Positions 8,023 to 17,900 of a stretch of 34,174 nucleotides of DNA are shown here, piece after piece. The stretch lies in the IMG/VR virus record IMGVR_UViG_3300045988_124209, positions 1 through 34,174 of that record, one strand, 5' to 3'. Numbering within the stretch: position 1 is the first letter of the stretch; the number at the start of each line of letters is the position of its first letter. The notes below the pieces were generated by a model. It was not told the origin of the DNA. It searched no databases and saw only the letters and a list, made by a program, of their open reading frames with translations. The DNA comes from a virus. A program made the position numbers and the translations under genes.

Positions 8023-8235
8023 TTAATAAATTTCTTCATCTTTTTCACTCTCCAACATTTCTTTAAATTCTTCAAACTCTAAGCATTTACTTTCATATTG
8101 CATCTTATAATAATCTAATAAATTTAATATTTCTTCAATTGATACCATATCTTTATTCTTTATTTCTGGTATATCCTGTGTGCTTGTATCTCTAATATCA
8201 ATATAAATATCTTGTAAATTTAAATAACCCTTCAT
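8023..8235 (-). CDS. hypothetical acidic protein (70 aa)
   Basis: ORF track. Its ATG overlaps a TGA in an ATGA arrangement with the upstream open frame. Confidence 0.6.
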   Translation of the reverse strand: MKGYLNLQDIYIDIRDTSTQDIPEIKNKDMVSIEEILNLLDYYKMQYESKCLEFEEFKEMLESEKDEEIY

Positions 8236-8345
8236 TCTTGATCACCTCTCTTTCTCATTTTTCTATTATATTTTCGCTGATGTTCTAATCTTCTTATCTT
8301 TTCACTTTCAATTTTAGTTTTACCAGGATTAAATGAGCATATTGT
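8232..8345 (-). other. Open in-frame continuation (37 codons plus TGA) after TAA 8346-8348
   Basis: Nucleotide-by-nucleotide reading gives TICSFNPGKTKIESEKIRRLEHQRKYNRKMRKRGDQE*. It ends in an ATGA overlap with the 8023..8235 start. Confidence 0.45.
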
Positions 8346-8516
8346 TTATCCATATTTTTCCATCTGATAATTTTCTACCATTAATACTAATTCATTTAAT
8401 AACTCAAATCTACCATACCTTTTTATAAATCTACTTTTAAATTTTTCTCTAGATTGAAATGGCAAATCTTTTAATTTATTAAAATAATAATTTAATTTAA
8501 AATCTAATTTTTCCAT
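8346..8516 (-). CDS. hypothetical protein (56 aa to the first TAA)
   Basis: My own reading. ATG 8516 follows AAAGGAGAAAAAT. Product is MEKLDFKLNYYFNKLKDLPFQSREKFKSRFIKRYGRFELLNELVLMVENYQMEKYG. Confidence 0.5.
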   Translation of the reverse strand: MEKLDFKLNYYFNKLKDLPFQSREKFKSRFIKRYGRFELLNELVLMVENYQMEKYG

Positions 8517-8608
8517 ATTTTTCTCCTTTTTAATTAGAATTTAAACCAAATACCCCATATTTCCCACTAAATTTTGTTATTTTCACGCTTTTTCGCTTGT
8601 TTTGATAA

Positions 8609-8617
8609 ATTATACCA
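8609..8617 (-). promoter_or_regulatory. extended -10 element (TGGTATAAT)
   Basis: Minus strand: TGG TATAAT at 8617-8609, about 90 nt upstream of ATG 8516. The -35 is weak. Confidence 0.4.
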
Positions 8618-8656
8618 CAAATGTTTTTCATTTAAATTTAGTACCTTAAATTAAGT

Positions 8657-8944
8657 CTAGTTGAGTGTTTGTTTTTTTAATGTTTTTCTTAGTTTCTCGA
8701 TTTCTTGTTCTCTCTCTACTGCTTCTAATCTCAATATATCTCTTTGATGTTTTAATTTTGTTGCATATTTCATTAAATTGCCATTATCAGAATTACTAAG
8801 TGTTTCAATTTCACTTAATGCATTTTGATATTTTTTATTAAGATTATTATATCTAGTTTTCCAATTTGAATTTATAATATCTTTTTTTATTTTTTTTAAA
8901 TTGTCTTTTATTTGTAGTAAACATCTCCATCTTTTGTGTAGCAT
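8657..8944 (-). CDS. hypothetical basic coiled-coil protein (95 aa)
   Basis: ORF track. GGGAGG lies 8 nt upstream of the ATG. Confidence 0.6.
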   Translation of the reverse strand: MLHKRWRCLLQIKDNLKKIKKDIINSNWKTRYNNLNKKYQNALSEIETLSNSDNGNLMKYATKLKHQRDILRLEAVEREQEIEKLRKTLKKQTLN

Positions 8945-9087
8945 TTTTCAAACCTCCCTTCTGCATAGGCTCTTTCCATTTCTTTTTTATCTATTTCACA
9001 CATAATTATTATGCAAGTTATTATTAATAGAACTAACCCTCCTAATATATACATAATCTTTTTCATATCTTCAACATTATCTATCAT
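8908..9087 (-). CDS. small membrane protein (59 aa)
   Basis: My own reading. ATG 9087 follows GGAGGA at 7 nt. Product is MIDNVEDMKKIMYILGGLVLLIITCIIIMCEIDKK..., with one TM helix. Confidence 0.45.
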   Translation of the reverse strand: MIDNVEDMKKIMYILGGLVLLIITCIIIMCEIDKKEMERAYAEGRFEKCYTKDGDVYYK

Positions 9088-9088
9088 T

Positions 9089-9238
9089 TTACATTCCTCC
9101 TAACATTAAATTATATTTTGGTCTATATTCTTTTCCTGTTTCTTTGTTAAATATAAATAATATATCATTACCACTTAATACAGGTATATAGCCTTTCTTA
9201 TTAATTAATTTTTCAACTTTTTTGATTTCTTTTTTCAT
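9089..9238 (-). CDS. hypothetical protein (49 aa)
   Basis: My own reading. ATG 9238 follows AAAGGAGAGG. Product is MKKEIKKVEKLINKKGYIPVLSGNDILFIFNKETGKEYRPKYNLMLGGM. Confidence 0.45.
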   Translation of the reverse strand: MKKEIKKVEKLINKKGYIPVLSGNDILFIFNKETGKEYRPKYNLMLGGM

Positions 9239-9267
9239 TTTAACCTCTCCTTTTTATTTGCAATACA

Positions 9268-9296
9268 AGTATAACATAAGTCATACATATAGTCAA
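9268..9296 (-). promoter_or_regulatory. sigma-70 type promoter TTGACT-17-TATACT
   Basis: Minus strand: TTGACT (9296-9291), a 17-nt spacer, TATACT (9273-9268). Confidence 0.65.
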
Positions 9297-9323
9297 TAAG
9301 AAAAAGTGATTTTTTTAATTTTT

Positions 9324-9458
9324 TTAAATCCATTGAGGTTCTACTTCATTAATTACCTTTATTTCTATAACTTTATCATCACTTTTAGCACTTATACCTA
9401 CAATAGATATACCAATTAATATTATTCCTAATATAACTAATATAATTCCTTTTTTCAT
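9324..9458 (-). CDS. small secreted or membrane protein (44 aa)
   Basis: My own reading gives MKKGIILVILGIILIGISIVGISAKSDDKVIEIKVINEVEPQWI. TAATG overlap with the upstream gene. Confidence 0.45.
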   Translation of the reverse strand: MKKGIILVILGIILIGISIVGISAKSDDKVIEIKVINEVEPQWI

Positions 9459-10042
9459 TAATTTTCTCCTTTCAATTCATTGTAATATTGTGTAACTCTT
9501 GGTATCCAATATTGATTTGTTCCTATATCATTAATACCAACTGGGCAATATTTATTTCCTATTTCTTCAATAGATGTTAATCCCATATCAATATAATTTC
9601 TTTTTAAATTTCCTACAAAAAAGTCTATTCCATCTTCTAGAGTGTCAAAATACATCAATGTACCTTTCGAGAAATTACCACCAACATTATTTAATTCTTT
9701 AAATGCTTTTGATGTATATCTTCCAGTTTCGTGAATAGAAATCGCTATTGCTAAATTATAATCTACTCCATAATACTCTGCAACCTCTTTTATCTTACAA
9801 GATACTTCATCTAATTTACATATATCAGGTGTTTCTTCTAATTCCTTTGTTATTCCTACTTTTTCTTCTATTGTAGGTGTTTTTTCTTCTTCTTTGATAA
9901 CTTGTACCACTTTTTGTTTATCTTCCAATTCTGCCCCTTTAATTAAGTCTGAGTATAGGAATAAATTACTATATAATATTCCTAACCCAAAACCTATAAC
10001 TAACCATACCCAACCCCTAATTTTTCTTTTTTTCTTTTTCAT
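9458..10042 (-). CDS. membrane-anchored protein with a glucosaminidase-like (peptidoglycan hydrolase) domain
   Basis: ORF track. N-terminal KKKKRK plus a TM helix. AIAISIHETGRYTSKAFKELNNVGGN resembles the LytD/FlgJ-type glucosaminidase motif. Confidence 0.45.
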   Translation of the reverse strand: MKKKKRKIRGWVWLVIGFGLGILYSNLFLYSDLIKGAELEDKQKVVQVIKEEEKTPTIEEKVGITKELEETPDICKLDEVSCKIKEVAEYYGVDYNLAIAISIHETGRYTSKAFKELNNVGGNFSKGTLMYFDTLEDGIDFFVGNLKRNYIDMGLTSIEEIGNKYCPVGINDIGTNQYWIPRVTQYYNELKGEN

Positions 10043-10053
10043 TCTTTTTTCTC

Positions 10054-10203
10054 CTATTTTAATATTTTAATTCCATTTTTATTTTCTTTAATTGTGTAAA
10101 TTATATTATTATATATTATTTTATGATAAATATCATTTTTGATTTTATAAATATCTATTTCTTCCCCATCTTTTAATATTTTATTTAATAATTCAAAATT
10201 CAT
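10054..10203 (-). CDS. hypothetical protein (49 aa)
   Basis: My own reading. ATG 10203 is 7 nt after GGAGA. Product is MNFELLNKILKDGEEIDIYKIKNDIYHKIIYNNIIYTIKENKNGIKILK. Confidence 0.4.
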   Translation of the reverse strand: MNFELLNKILKDGEEIDIYKIKNDIYHKIIYNNIIYTIKENKNGIKILK

Positions 10204-10236
10204 AATCATTTCTCCTTTTTAACATTTTATCCTCCT

Positions 10237-10497
10237 TTATTCTTCTACTTCAACCAAGCCCAGCATAATAACTTTTGTAAAATTATTATCACTTATTTCA
10301 TTATGTAATTTTTCATTATTAATATTTGGATATTTATAATCTACAATGGTATGAACTATCTTTTTAAATCTATCAATATTACATAATGATACATTTGTGA
10401 AATCTACCTCTGCATAAGCATCTCCAAATATTATTCCTAATTCTTTTTTTATTTCTTCATTTTCTGCATATTTTTTTGGTATTACTAATTTTTTCAT
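10237..10497 (-). CDS. hypothetical protein (86 aa)
   Basis: ORF track. Confidence 0.6.
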   Translation of the reverse strand: MKKLVIPKKYAENEEIKKELGIIFGDAYAEVDFTNVSLCNIDRFKKIVHTIVDYKYPNINNEKLHNEISDNNFTKVIMLGLVEVEE

Positions 10498-10542
10498 TCT
10501 AATCGCCCTTTCTTTTTTATATCTTTAAACCGAGGAGAACTT

Positions 10543-10674
10543 TTAGTTCTCACTCAATTTTCTAATTATATTGTCTGCCATTATGAACTCTTCATATTTG
10601 CCAGTTCCTTTTGTAAGAAATCTTGTTAATAATGTTATTATCAAATTAATTTCTTCTTTAGTAAATTTTTCCAT
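10543..10674 (-). CDS. hypothetical protein (43 aa)
   Basis: My own reading. ATG 10674 follows AAAGGAGAATAAATA. Product is MEKFTKEEINLIITLLTRFLTKGTGKYEEFIMADNIIRKLSEN. A 6-bp hairpin overlaps the stop. Confidence 0.45.
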   Translation of the reverse strand: MEKFTKEEINLIITLLTRFLTKGTGKYEEFIMADNIIRKLSEN

Positions 10675-10705
10675 TATTTATTCTCCTTTCCTTAATTACA
10701 ATATA

Positions 10706-10734
10706 AGTATAGCATATGTATTACATAATGTCAA
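10706..10734 (-). promoter_or_regulatory. sigma-70 type promoter TTGACA-17-TATACT
   Basis: Minus strand: TTGACA (10734-10729), a 17-nt spacer, TATACT (10711-10706). Confidence 0.7.
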
Positions 10735-10763
10735 CTACTTTTTACATTTTTTTCATAATTTTG

Positions 10764-10797
10764 ATAAAAAAATAAAAAAACAAGGATTTTTTTCCTT
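10764..10797 (-). terminator. intrinsic terminator after the HNH gene
   Basis: Minus strand: AAGGA-AAAAAA-UCCUU followed by GUUUUUUUAUUUUUUU. Confidence 0.55.
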
Positions 10798-11104
10798 ATT
10801 TTTTAAGTAATTTCTTTATTTTTATATAATATTCTTCTGTTGGAGGTTGCAAACTTCTATTTAATTCTAAAAACAAATTATTTAATTCTATATAAGTCTT
10901 ATGGTCTGTTTTTTCTAAAATATGCAAATCTTCGTGTGATTTTTGAATTAACAAAGCATAATTGCTTATATCATTTGCTCCTCCATATACTTTTTTAAAG
11001 ATATGATGCCTAGTTAGAGGGCAATTTCTTGTTATTTTATATCCCATCCAGTCAATATCTTTTGTTTTATAAATTTTTAACATTAATTTAATATCTTTAT
11101 TCAT
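10796..11104 (-). CDS. small HNH endonuclease
   Basis: ORF track. TRHHIFKKVYGG..N..N..LL...H..LH. Confidence 0.55.
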   Translation of the reverse strand: MNKDIKLMLKIYKTKDIDWMGYKITRNCPLTRHHIFKKVYGGANDISNYALLIQKSHEDLHILEKTDHKTYIELNNLFLELNRSLQPPTEEYYIKIKKLLKK

Positions 11105-11943
11105 TAATACATTTGAATTCCGATTATTGTATGTCCAGGTATTCCTGCATAAGAATTAGCATCAGAATTATCATAATTCTTACTCTCTACCCATTCTAAC
11201 CAACCATCTTCAATAGTCTTAACTCTATATTTAACCCAACCTTTTGTTGATTTAATTTTAATCATATCAATTGGATTTCCATATAACCCAGCATAACTTG
11301 AGCCATCATTTTTTGAATAATCCTTTGAATTAACTTCATCTAACCATTGCCCATTTTTAATATGTGCTTTGTAGATTAATTCGCCAAATTGAGGTTTACA
11401 TCTAAATCCACTTATTACTTCATTATTTAGTCCTGCATACCCATCGTTTGTATGGTCGCATTTATTTACCTCTGGCAACCATTTATTGGTATATGCTTGA
11501 TAAGTAATAGTTCCTGTATAATCTTTTTTTATGGTAGGTAAATCATTATCTAAATAACTAGTAGGATTTATTCTAGCATTACCTTGCCATACTTCAAAAT
11601 GAAGATGACCGCCATTCGCATTTCCTGAATTTCCCATATAACCTAAGACTTGTCCTTTTTTAACATACTCGCCATTTCTTACGAATAGTCCTTTTTGCAT
11701 ATGAGCATATAGTGTATAATAGCCATTTCCGTGGTCTATTTTAACACAATTGCCGTAACTAGCATTACCTACACTACCTGGCATATTATCATATCCATCT
11801 TGAAAGAATATAATCTTGCCTTCACTATGTGCTATTACATTATCTAATGTATATCCTCCACCAACTATATCATTAGCAAGATGCCCACTATGATATTCTT
11901 GTGTAATTTCACAATTACCTTTCTCTAAAACTCTACACTTCAT
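11104..11943 (-). CDS. endolysin: M23 (LytM-type) peptidase plus three ChW-like cell-wall-binding repeats
   Basis: ORF track (listed as 11104..12003). Contains HxxxD-type and GGHLHFEV motifs. Repeats have the form W(L/V)(P/D/E)(E/W)VN/ES...D....(Y)AG. The start is moved to ATG 11943 (MKCRV...) because the upstream part lies inside the holin gene. ATG 11952 is also possible. Confidence 0.75.
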   Translation of the reverse strand: MKCRVLEKGNCEITQEYHSGHLANDIVGGGYTLDNVIAHSEGKIIFFQDGYDNMPGSVGNASYGNCVKIDHGNGYYTLYAHMQKGLFVRNGEYVKKGQVLGYMGNSGNANGGHLHFEVWQGNARINPTSYLDNDLPTIKKDYTGTITYQAYTNKWLPEVNKCDHTNDGYAGLNNEVISGFRCKPQFGELIYKAHIKNGQWLDEVNSKDYSKNDGSSYAGLYGNPIDMIKIKSTKGWVKYRVKTIEDGWLEWVESKNYDNSDANSYAGIPGHTIIGIQMY

Positions 11944-12127
11944 TATTATCATTTCCTTTCTTTTCAATTCCTTTTTGGTATTGTGTACCAAAATAAAATG
12001 CAATTATAATTTGAAATAAACTATAAAATTGTTCTCCTGTTACAATTTGTAAAAATGTTAATATTACAAATGCTATTGTCATTAATATTGTAACAAAAGA
12101 TTTAACATCAATTAATGCTTTTTTCAT
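11933..12127 (-). CDS. holin (two TM helices, charged C-terminus)
   Basis: ORF track. Lies directly upstream of the endolysin and overlaps it. Confidence 0.55.
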   Translation of the reverse strand: MKKALIDVKSFVTILMTIAFVILTFLQIVTGEQFYSLFQIIIAFYFGTQYQKGIEKKGNDNNEV

Positions 12128-12131
12128 ATGA

Positions 12132-12335
12132 TCACCTCACTTTCAATTCTTTTATTTCTTCTTTTATGTATTTAATATCATCTTCTAATCTGAATGTTCG
12201 TTCAACAACTGAATTATGCTTTTCAACTTTCTTTTCTAATTGACTAATTCTAAATTTAATTAAATTCATTCCTGCAAATGAACCTATACAAGTACCTGCA
12301 AATGATATAAGTGCTACTATTATAGTGTCATCCAT
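12132..12335 (-). CDS. XhlA-like lysis-associated membrane protein
   Basis: ORF track (listed to 12371). The start is moved to ATG 12335 behind GGAGGA. It has an N-terminal TM helix and then a coiled coil (LEKKVEKHNSVVERTFRLEDDIKYIKEEIKELK). Confidence 0.5.
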   Translation of the reverse strand: MDDTIIVALISFAGTCIGSFAGMNLIKFRISQLEKKVEKHNSVVERTFRLEDDIKYIKEEIKELKVR

Positions 12336-12481
12336 ATATTTCCTCCTTTTTATTTGACAATTATATGTCAACTACTCCCCTACCCTACTATATTAAGCCT
12401 TATTTTTTAGGGGTTTTGGCTATTTGATGTTTATTTGATATTATATTTTTGATAGGGTAGGTTATTGACATATTTTACCTC

Positions 12482-12985
12482 CTATGCTATTCTCTTCCAA
12501 TAAGCAACTACTTGATATGGAGGCATGTTGTTATGTGCTTCCCCACCGCCAGTTGCTGATGTATCAACATTATATTCGGTGTTTTTATCAAAAGATTGTC
12601 TAACTAAAGTATAATGTTCTGTTGCGTTTTTATTATAAGGATGTGCTTGTGGAACGCCATGTGTATGCGATGGCATTTCATCAACAGTTAAAATGTGTGT
12701 CTTTTCTCCACCTATTTTACCTATTGCATTAAAATCAGTATCAGTAGTATCTAAACCTACTAACACTTTACCTACTGCTGTTCTTTCCCAAGAAAAACCT
12801 AACCAATCAGAATAATCTTCATTATCTCCTTTAATTATTATTTGTCCTATTGGAAATAATAAATTAGCAAGTGAATTTACTACTGATTTAATTTGGTTCA
12901 TATCGTTAGCAGTAACTTTATTAATATCGTCAATTGAAGCATTCTCATTTAATTCTACCTTATCTGCGTATGTTATTTTATTCAT
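12482..12985 (-). CDS. tail fibre protein with a phage tail collar domain
   Basis: ORF track. GGEKTHILTVDEMPSHTH...GGGEAHNNMPPYQVVAYWKR matches the tail-collar signature. Confidence 0.65.
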   Translation of the reverse strand: MNKITYADKVELNENASIDDINKVTANDMNQIKSVVNSLANLLFPIGQIIIKGDNEDYSDWLGFSWERTAVGKVLVGLDTTDTDFNAIGKIGGEKTHILTVDEMPSHTHGVPQAHPYNKNATEHYTLVRQSFDKNTEYNVDTSATGGGEAHNNMPPYQVVAYWKRIA

Positions 12986-12998
12986 ATTTAATCCTCCT

Positions 12999-14900
12999 TT
13001 AAACTATTTTAACATATTGTTTTATTTCATAGAATTTACCAATTTCAAAATTACCCGTAATAGTTTGATAAGCAACAGGTGCTTCTTCATTTGATAAAAT
13101 TCTTATTTCTTTTATTTGTTTTGGTACATATATACTAAAATCATATCTATATCCACTACTTACTTGTACAATTTCAGTATCATCAAATTGTCTAAAATCA
13201 CTTGTGTTATCTTCATATAAGATTACTAACAGAGTTCCTTTTGCAAAATCATAATTTCCTACATTAGATATACTATTATTTAATCTAAATGCTCCTCTTG
13301 TATTAATAATTACATTATTAGGATTATTCTCATTTCTTATATTTATCGTTGATAAGAAATTAATATATAATGTTTCATAAATGTTTTTAGTTATTCCTAA
13401 CACCTTGCTCATTAATGTAGAGTTAGTTTGACTTATTAATTCAGATACTTGAATTGTTTTGTTATTTAACAAATAGTTAGGTACTTCAATTGTACTCTGT
13501 GTAGTGCCATTTGTTATTACTTTATTATATAAATTTCTAGCAAAAATCGGCTTGTTATCAGTACCATATATAACTCCTGAATTAGGTATCATACTATTTA
13601 CATTCGAGTAATCTAATCCATTATAATTATTCTTATTATAAATTTGCCATACATTATTAACATTATTTTGAGTTTGAATATAGAAATTATAAAGATTAAA
13701 TTCTTTTGAAATACTTAAAAATGTAAACTCTGACCTTTTAGGTAATTGAACATTTTGTGCTATTACATAAGGATATACTTCAGATGTAATTCTTCCTATG
13801 CTTAAATCATAAGTTGAATTTGTAGCATTTGTTAATTTAATTAAATAATAATATAATTCATTATCAAGCGAATAAATGTTTACCGAAGATGGGTCTAATA
13901 CATTTTCTAATATACCTGTTTCAGAATATAATGTATTTCTGCTTGATATATTTAAAGTGTTAGTTGTTTCAATATAATCTAAATTATATTGAACAATTTG
14001 ATAATTTCTATTTGAATTATCTATTACTAAGCCCACTATAACCACATCATAATTAAATATCTTGCTACTACTTTGAATTATTGAACTCTGTTCACCAAAT
14101 GCCGTAGATACCTTACTAATAGTATCAGTATTTCCTTTTCTAAGAAGTACATTTCCATAAGTAAATGATGTGATTAGTAAGAAATTTAAGATATCATTTT
14201 CTCTTGTACAATAAATATCTTGCAAATTAATTGTAGTGCCTGAAATTGTAGATACATAATTAACCCACTCATTATCTGTTCCAACATTAATAGTTAATTC
14301 TACCACTATTATATTATTAACTGAATTTACTATCTTATTTCCTGCTAATACATATACTGATTGCCCAACTATTTTTTTTATTAACGAGAATGCACAATTG
14401 TTTTCATCAGGTATGTTATATGCTCTTCTTATCTTTAATTTATAATCATCTAATTCTGATAATTTTAAAGCAATGTTATTTAACATTATAAATCTTTTTC
14501 TTGTAGTACCATAGACAGTTTCTATGCCATAGAATTGTCCATCCTCATCAACATTAAGTGCTTCTAATTCTCCAAGTGTAGCACCACTATCGTATTCAGT
14601 AATTAATTGAAGTAAATTTAATTTATTATCTAATACTGCTATCCAACCATAAGTATTATCGTATTTAAGATTAGTAGATGAACCCCACATAATGATCAAA
14701 CCATTATTTGCTTGAATTATACCTTTAAATGGTATGTATTTACCCCCTGTGCTATCTTCTCCAACTTCATTAGATAACTCATCATACAAATTATTTATAT
14801 TTGAAAATACATTACTATACTGAGGTGTATTATCTCCTGCTTCAATTTCTAACTTGCCACATAAATAGTCAAGTATTCTTTTTTTGAATTCTTCTGTCAT
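12999..14900 (-). CDS. receptor-binding / tail spike-like protein (633 aa)
   Basis: ORF track. Assigned by size and position between the large tail protein and the collar fibre. No catalytic motif recognised. Confidence 0.5.
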   Translation of the reverse strand: MTEEFKKRILDYLCGKLEIEAGDNTPQYSNVFSNINNLYDELSNEVGEDSTGGKYIPFKGIIQANNGLIIMWGSSTNLKYDNTYGWIAVLDNKLNLLQLITEYDSGATLGELEALNVDEDGQFYGIETVYGTTRKRFIMLNNIALKLSELDDYKLKIRRAYNIPDENNCAFSLIKKIVGQSVYVLAGNKIVNSVNNIIVVELTINVGTDNEWVNYVSTISGTTINLQDIYCTRENDILNFLLITSFTYGNVLLRKGNTDTISKVSTAFGEQSSIIQSSSKIFNYDVVIVGLVIDNSNRNYQIVQYNLDYIETTNTLNISSRNTLYSETGILENVLDPSSVNIYSLDNELYYYLIKLTNATNSTYDLSIGRITSEVYPYVIAQNVQLPKRSEFTFLSISKEFNLYNFYIQTQNNVNNVWQIYNKNNYNGLDYSNVNSMIPNSGVIYGTDNKPIFARNLYNKVITNGTTQSTIEVPNYLLNNKTIQVSELISQTNSTLMSKVLGITKNIYETLYINFLSTINIRNENNPNNVIINTRGAFRLNNSISNVGNYDFAKGTLLVILYEDNTSDFRQFDDTEIVQVSSGYRYDFSIYVPKQIKEIRILSNEEAPVAYQTITGNFEIGKFYEIKQYVKIV

Positions 14901-14911
14901 AAATACCTCCT

Positions 14912-17900
14912 CTAATTAATAAATGGACTATTTAATACACTATTTAATGTATTATCGCCTTCTACTTGAATTTCATTTATTTCTAATCCATAGAATATAA
15001 TGTTAGCAGTATCTTCTATATCTATATTTCTATCAATAGTATCTCCCTCGCTTATATTTCCAGTTGCTTTATTTCTTTGATTATCAAAGTAATTTATATC
15101 TCTTTCACTATTAAATGAACTTGTTAATTCATAAGTATAAAATATCTTTTGTAAATCATTTACATTAATAACATCTATTGACTTTCTTTTTATCATGTAA
15201 TCTTTTGCTAAATTTTGTATAGGAGCATCAAAATAAACAACATCTCCCACATTATATATATCATTATCTTCAACTTTTAAATTTAATATTATTTCAGCAC
15301 TACCTTTGTATTTAATATAAGTTTGTCCAATTGAATTTAATTCGCTACTACTTAATACATCATTTCTACTCTCATATCTAGATATAGTACCTCTTCTTCC
15401 AATTTGATTTGTTACTCTCGCTATTTCATCATTATTATACACTATTTGCCTTCCTTTTACAAGTGGTATATAAGTAACCTTTATAACTTTTCCTGATGTT
15501 AATAAATCATCACTTTCTATTTTAGATTTTCCAACTTCATAATAGAAATCTGCTATAACACCAATTTTCTTATTAATTTGAGTTGTAAATGTTGCTTCTT
15601 GACCATTTATACTAATAGAATAAATCGAACCAATATTGCTACTTAAATTAAATGTAGTAGTGTATCCATCAGTAATAACCTCTTCTGAATAATCTATATC
15701 TGCGTAAACTTCATCAGATAATATAATTTGTTTATTTCTATAATCTCTTGTACCAAAATTAAATGTTAAATCAACAATCTTATTATCTTCCCAATATTTT
15801 GAATTATATTCTATATTTTTACCTTTTGGCATCAAAGTAGTGTCATAGAAATCAATTGCTATTGTATCTTCATCAACTAATCTAGTTGTCCATCTTGATC
15901 CTGATATATCAGCCAAATATTGAAATACATCATAGGCTGTTTTATTTAAAGTAGAATATGCTCCAATTTCCTCATCTTCATTAAATATATTTATATTACC
16001 TTCTACAAATCCATAATCAGAAATAGCACTTATTACCATTCTAATTGCTTGAATTATTGTCTTATTATTTATTACAAAATCTAAAGTCTCGCCCTCTGAT
16101 AATAATGTCTTAAAATCTAATATTTGTAAACTACAATATTTAGGATATCTAGGATTTAAACTTATATCTCCACTATTCTTTACTAATCCACAAAATTTCA
16201 AATCATAATTTTTATAATAATATACTAAATTCATATTAGTTTCCATATTAGCATTTAAAGATACATTATTAGCACCTTTGAATGTAGATAAATTACCAAC
16301 TTCGCCTAAATCTATTTCAGTAGGTGTTGCTAATTCATAATAAACTATTGTGTTATGTGCTGCTAACCAAGTTAATAATTCCTCTGGTGTTGAAACAGTA
16401 CTTGTATTAATTCTTAATCTAAGAAAAGGAATAGCTGCACTCAATGAAATACCCTCATTGTCTATGTTATATGTTTTTTGATTTATAAAATAATTACTTC
16501 TTAAATTACCAATTTGACTATTTTTCTTTGCTAAATCATCAAGTGCATAAGTATAATAATAAGAAGTATTATCTAGTTTTTGATTAGCATTTTGCCCCCA
16601 TCTTTCGCTACCATTAAGAATAACTTTACCAACTCTTTTAATGATTTTTGCTCTACCGTTTTCAATAACTAATTCATCTTTTATATTATTAGGTAAACTG
16701 CATAATTCGTTTCCTTGTAAATCAAGATTTAGTATGTTTTCTTGATAGGTTTCGTAATCTGTTGATGTTGAACCTTTTTCTAATTGAACTTTAAAAGTCC
16801 AATTTACAGTTTTCCCAGCCGCAATATAATAAGTATAAGTATTCGTTATTAAATTTTCTGTTGGTGTTATCGTTTGATTGCCAGCAATATAATTATATGT
16901 TATCTTATTAGACCTATTTTTTACACTAACTACAACCTCTCCAATCTTAGTACCAGCAATAGTTATGACACTTTGTGTATATGGTTGATTTGCATTAAGT
17001 TCTATTTGTTGTGTAGAAAGTCTAAAACTTCTATTTGTTGTAGAAGTACCACTAACTGTGAAAATTCCGTTTCCATTATTTGTAAATGTTAAATCGCTTT
17101 CAATTTTAGAAACACCATTTGGATTAACTAAATTCTTTCCTACATTTTTAATTTGAATAGTATCATAAGGTAGATAATCAGTCGCTACTGTGCCTACCTC
17201 TAATTGTATATTGCTCGCCTCAACTTCTGTTATTACACTTCCAATTATAAATGTAAAATATAACTCTTCTGTTTCAGTTGCAGTGTAAGTTAAAAAGTTT
17301 GCAATAGTTGATTTGACAAGAGTTCCATAAACTTTTGTTCTATAAATACAAATATAAAAACTATTTGTACCAAATGAACTTGATATAGCACTAAACGTAT
17401 AAGTATTTCCCTTTACGACATTTATTTTTTTAGCAATGTATTTACCACCAGTTTGCTCTCCTCTTACAAATTTAAAACCATTATTTTTAATTTCTACTCC
17501 ACTTGATGTGTTTGTTTCATAATTAGAATTATCCCATAAATTCTTACCTTTTACATTTTCTATTTCACTTGGATTATCAGGACTAGGACTTACTGGGTCT
17601 GTGCTTGTAGCCTGATAAGATTTGCCATCTATTTCTATACTTTTAAATTCTTTTTCTACATTTGTTTCGAAACTAGGATTAATTCCACTTGCATTTAATT
17701 CAGCAAATTGAGTGTTTCCGTGTAAAAAATCTCCTTCTTCCAATTTAAATTTAGAATAATCTAATGGATAATAGAAATTATTTACATAATCTTTTGTATC
17801 TTCCCAACTCTTAGGATAGCAATTATTTAAAATTGTTGAGGAAGTAGATAGCATTTCCTCATTTATTGTAAATTCTTTATTGCTAACTACTTCTTCTTCA

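Noticed and set aside
11944-12003. N-terminal extensions in the ORF track (11944-12003, 12336-12371, 22321-22401, 24465-24473, 27230-27268, 29954-29992, 31110-31118)
   Set aside because: In each case a downstream ATG has a properly spaced GGAG-type SD. The extension either starts at GTG without an SD or lies inside the preceding gene.
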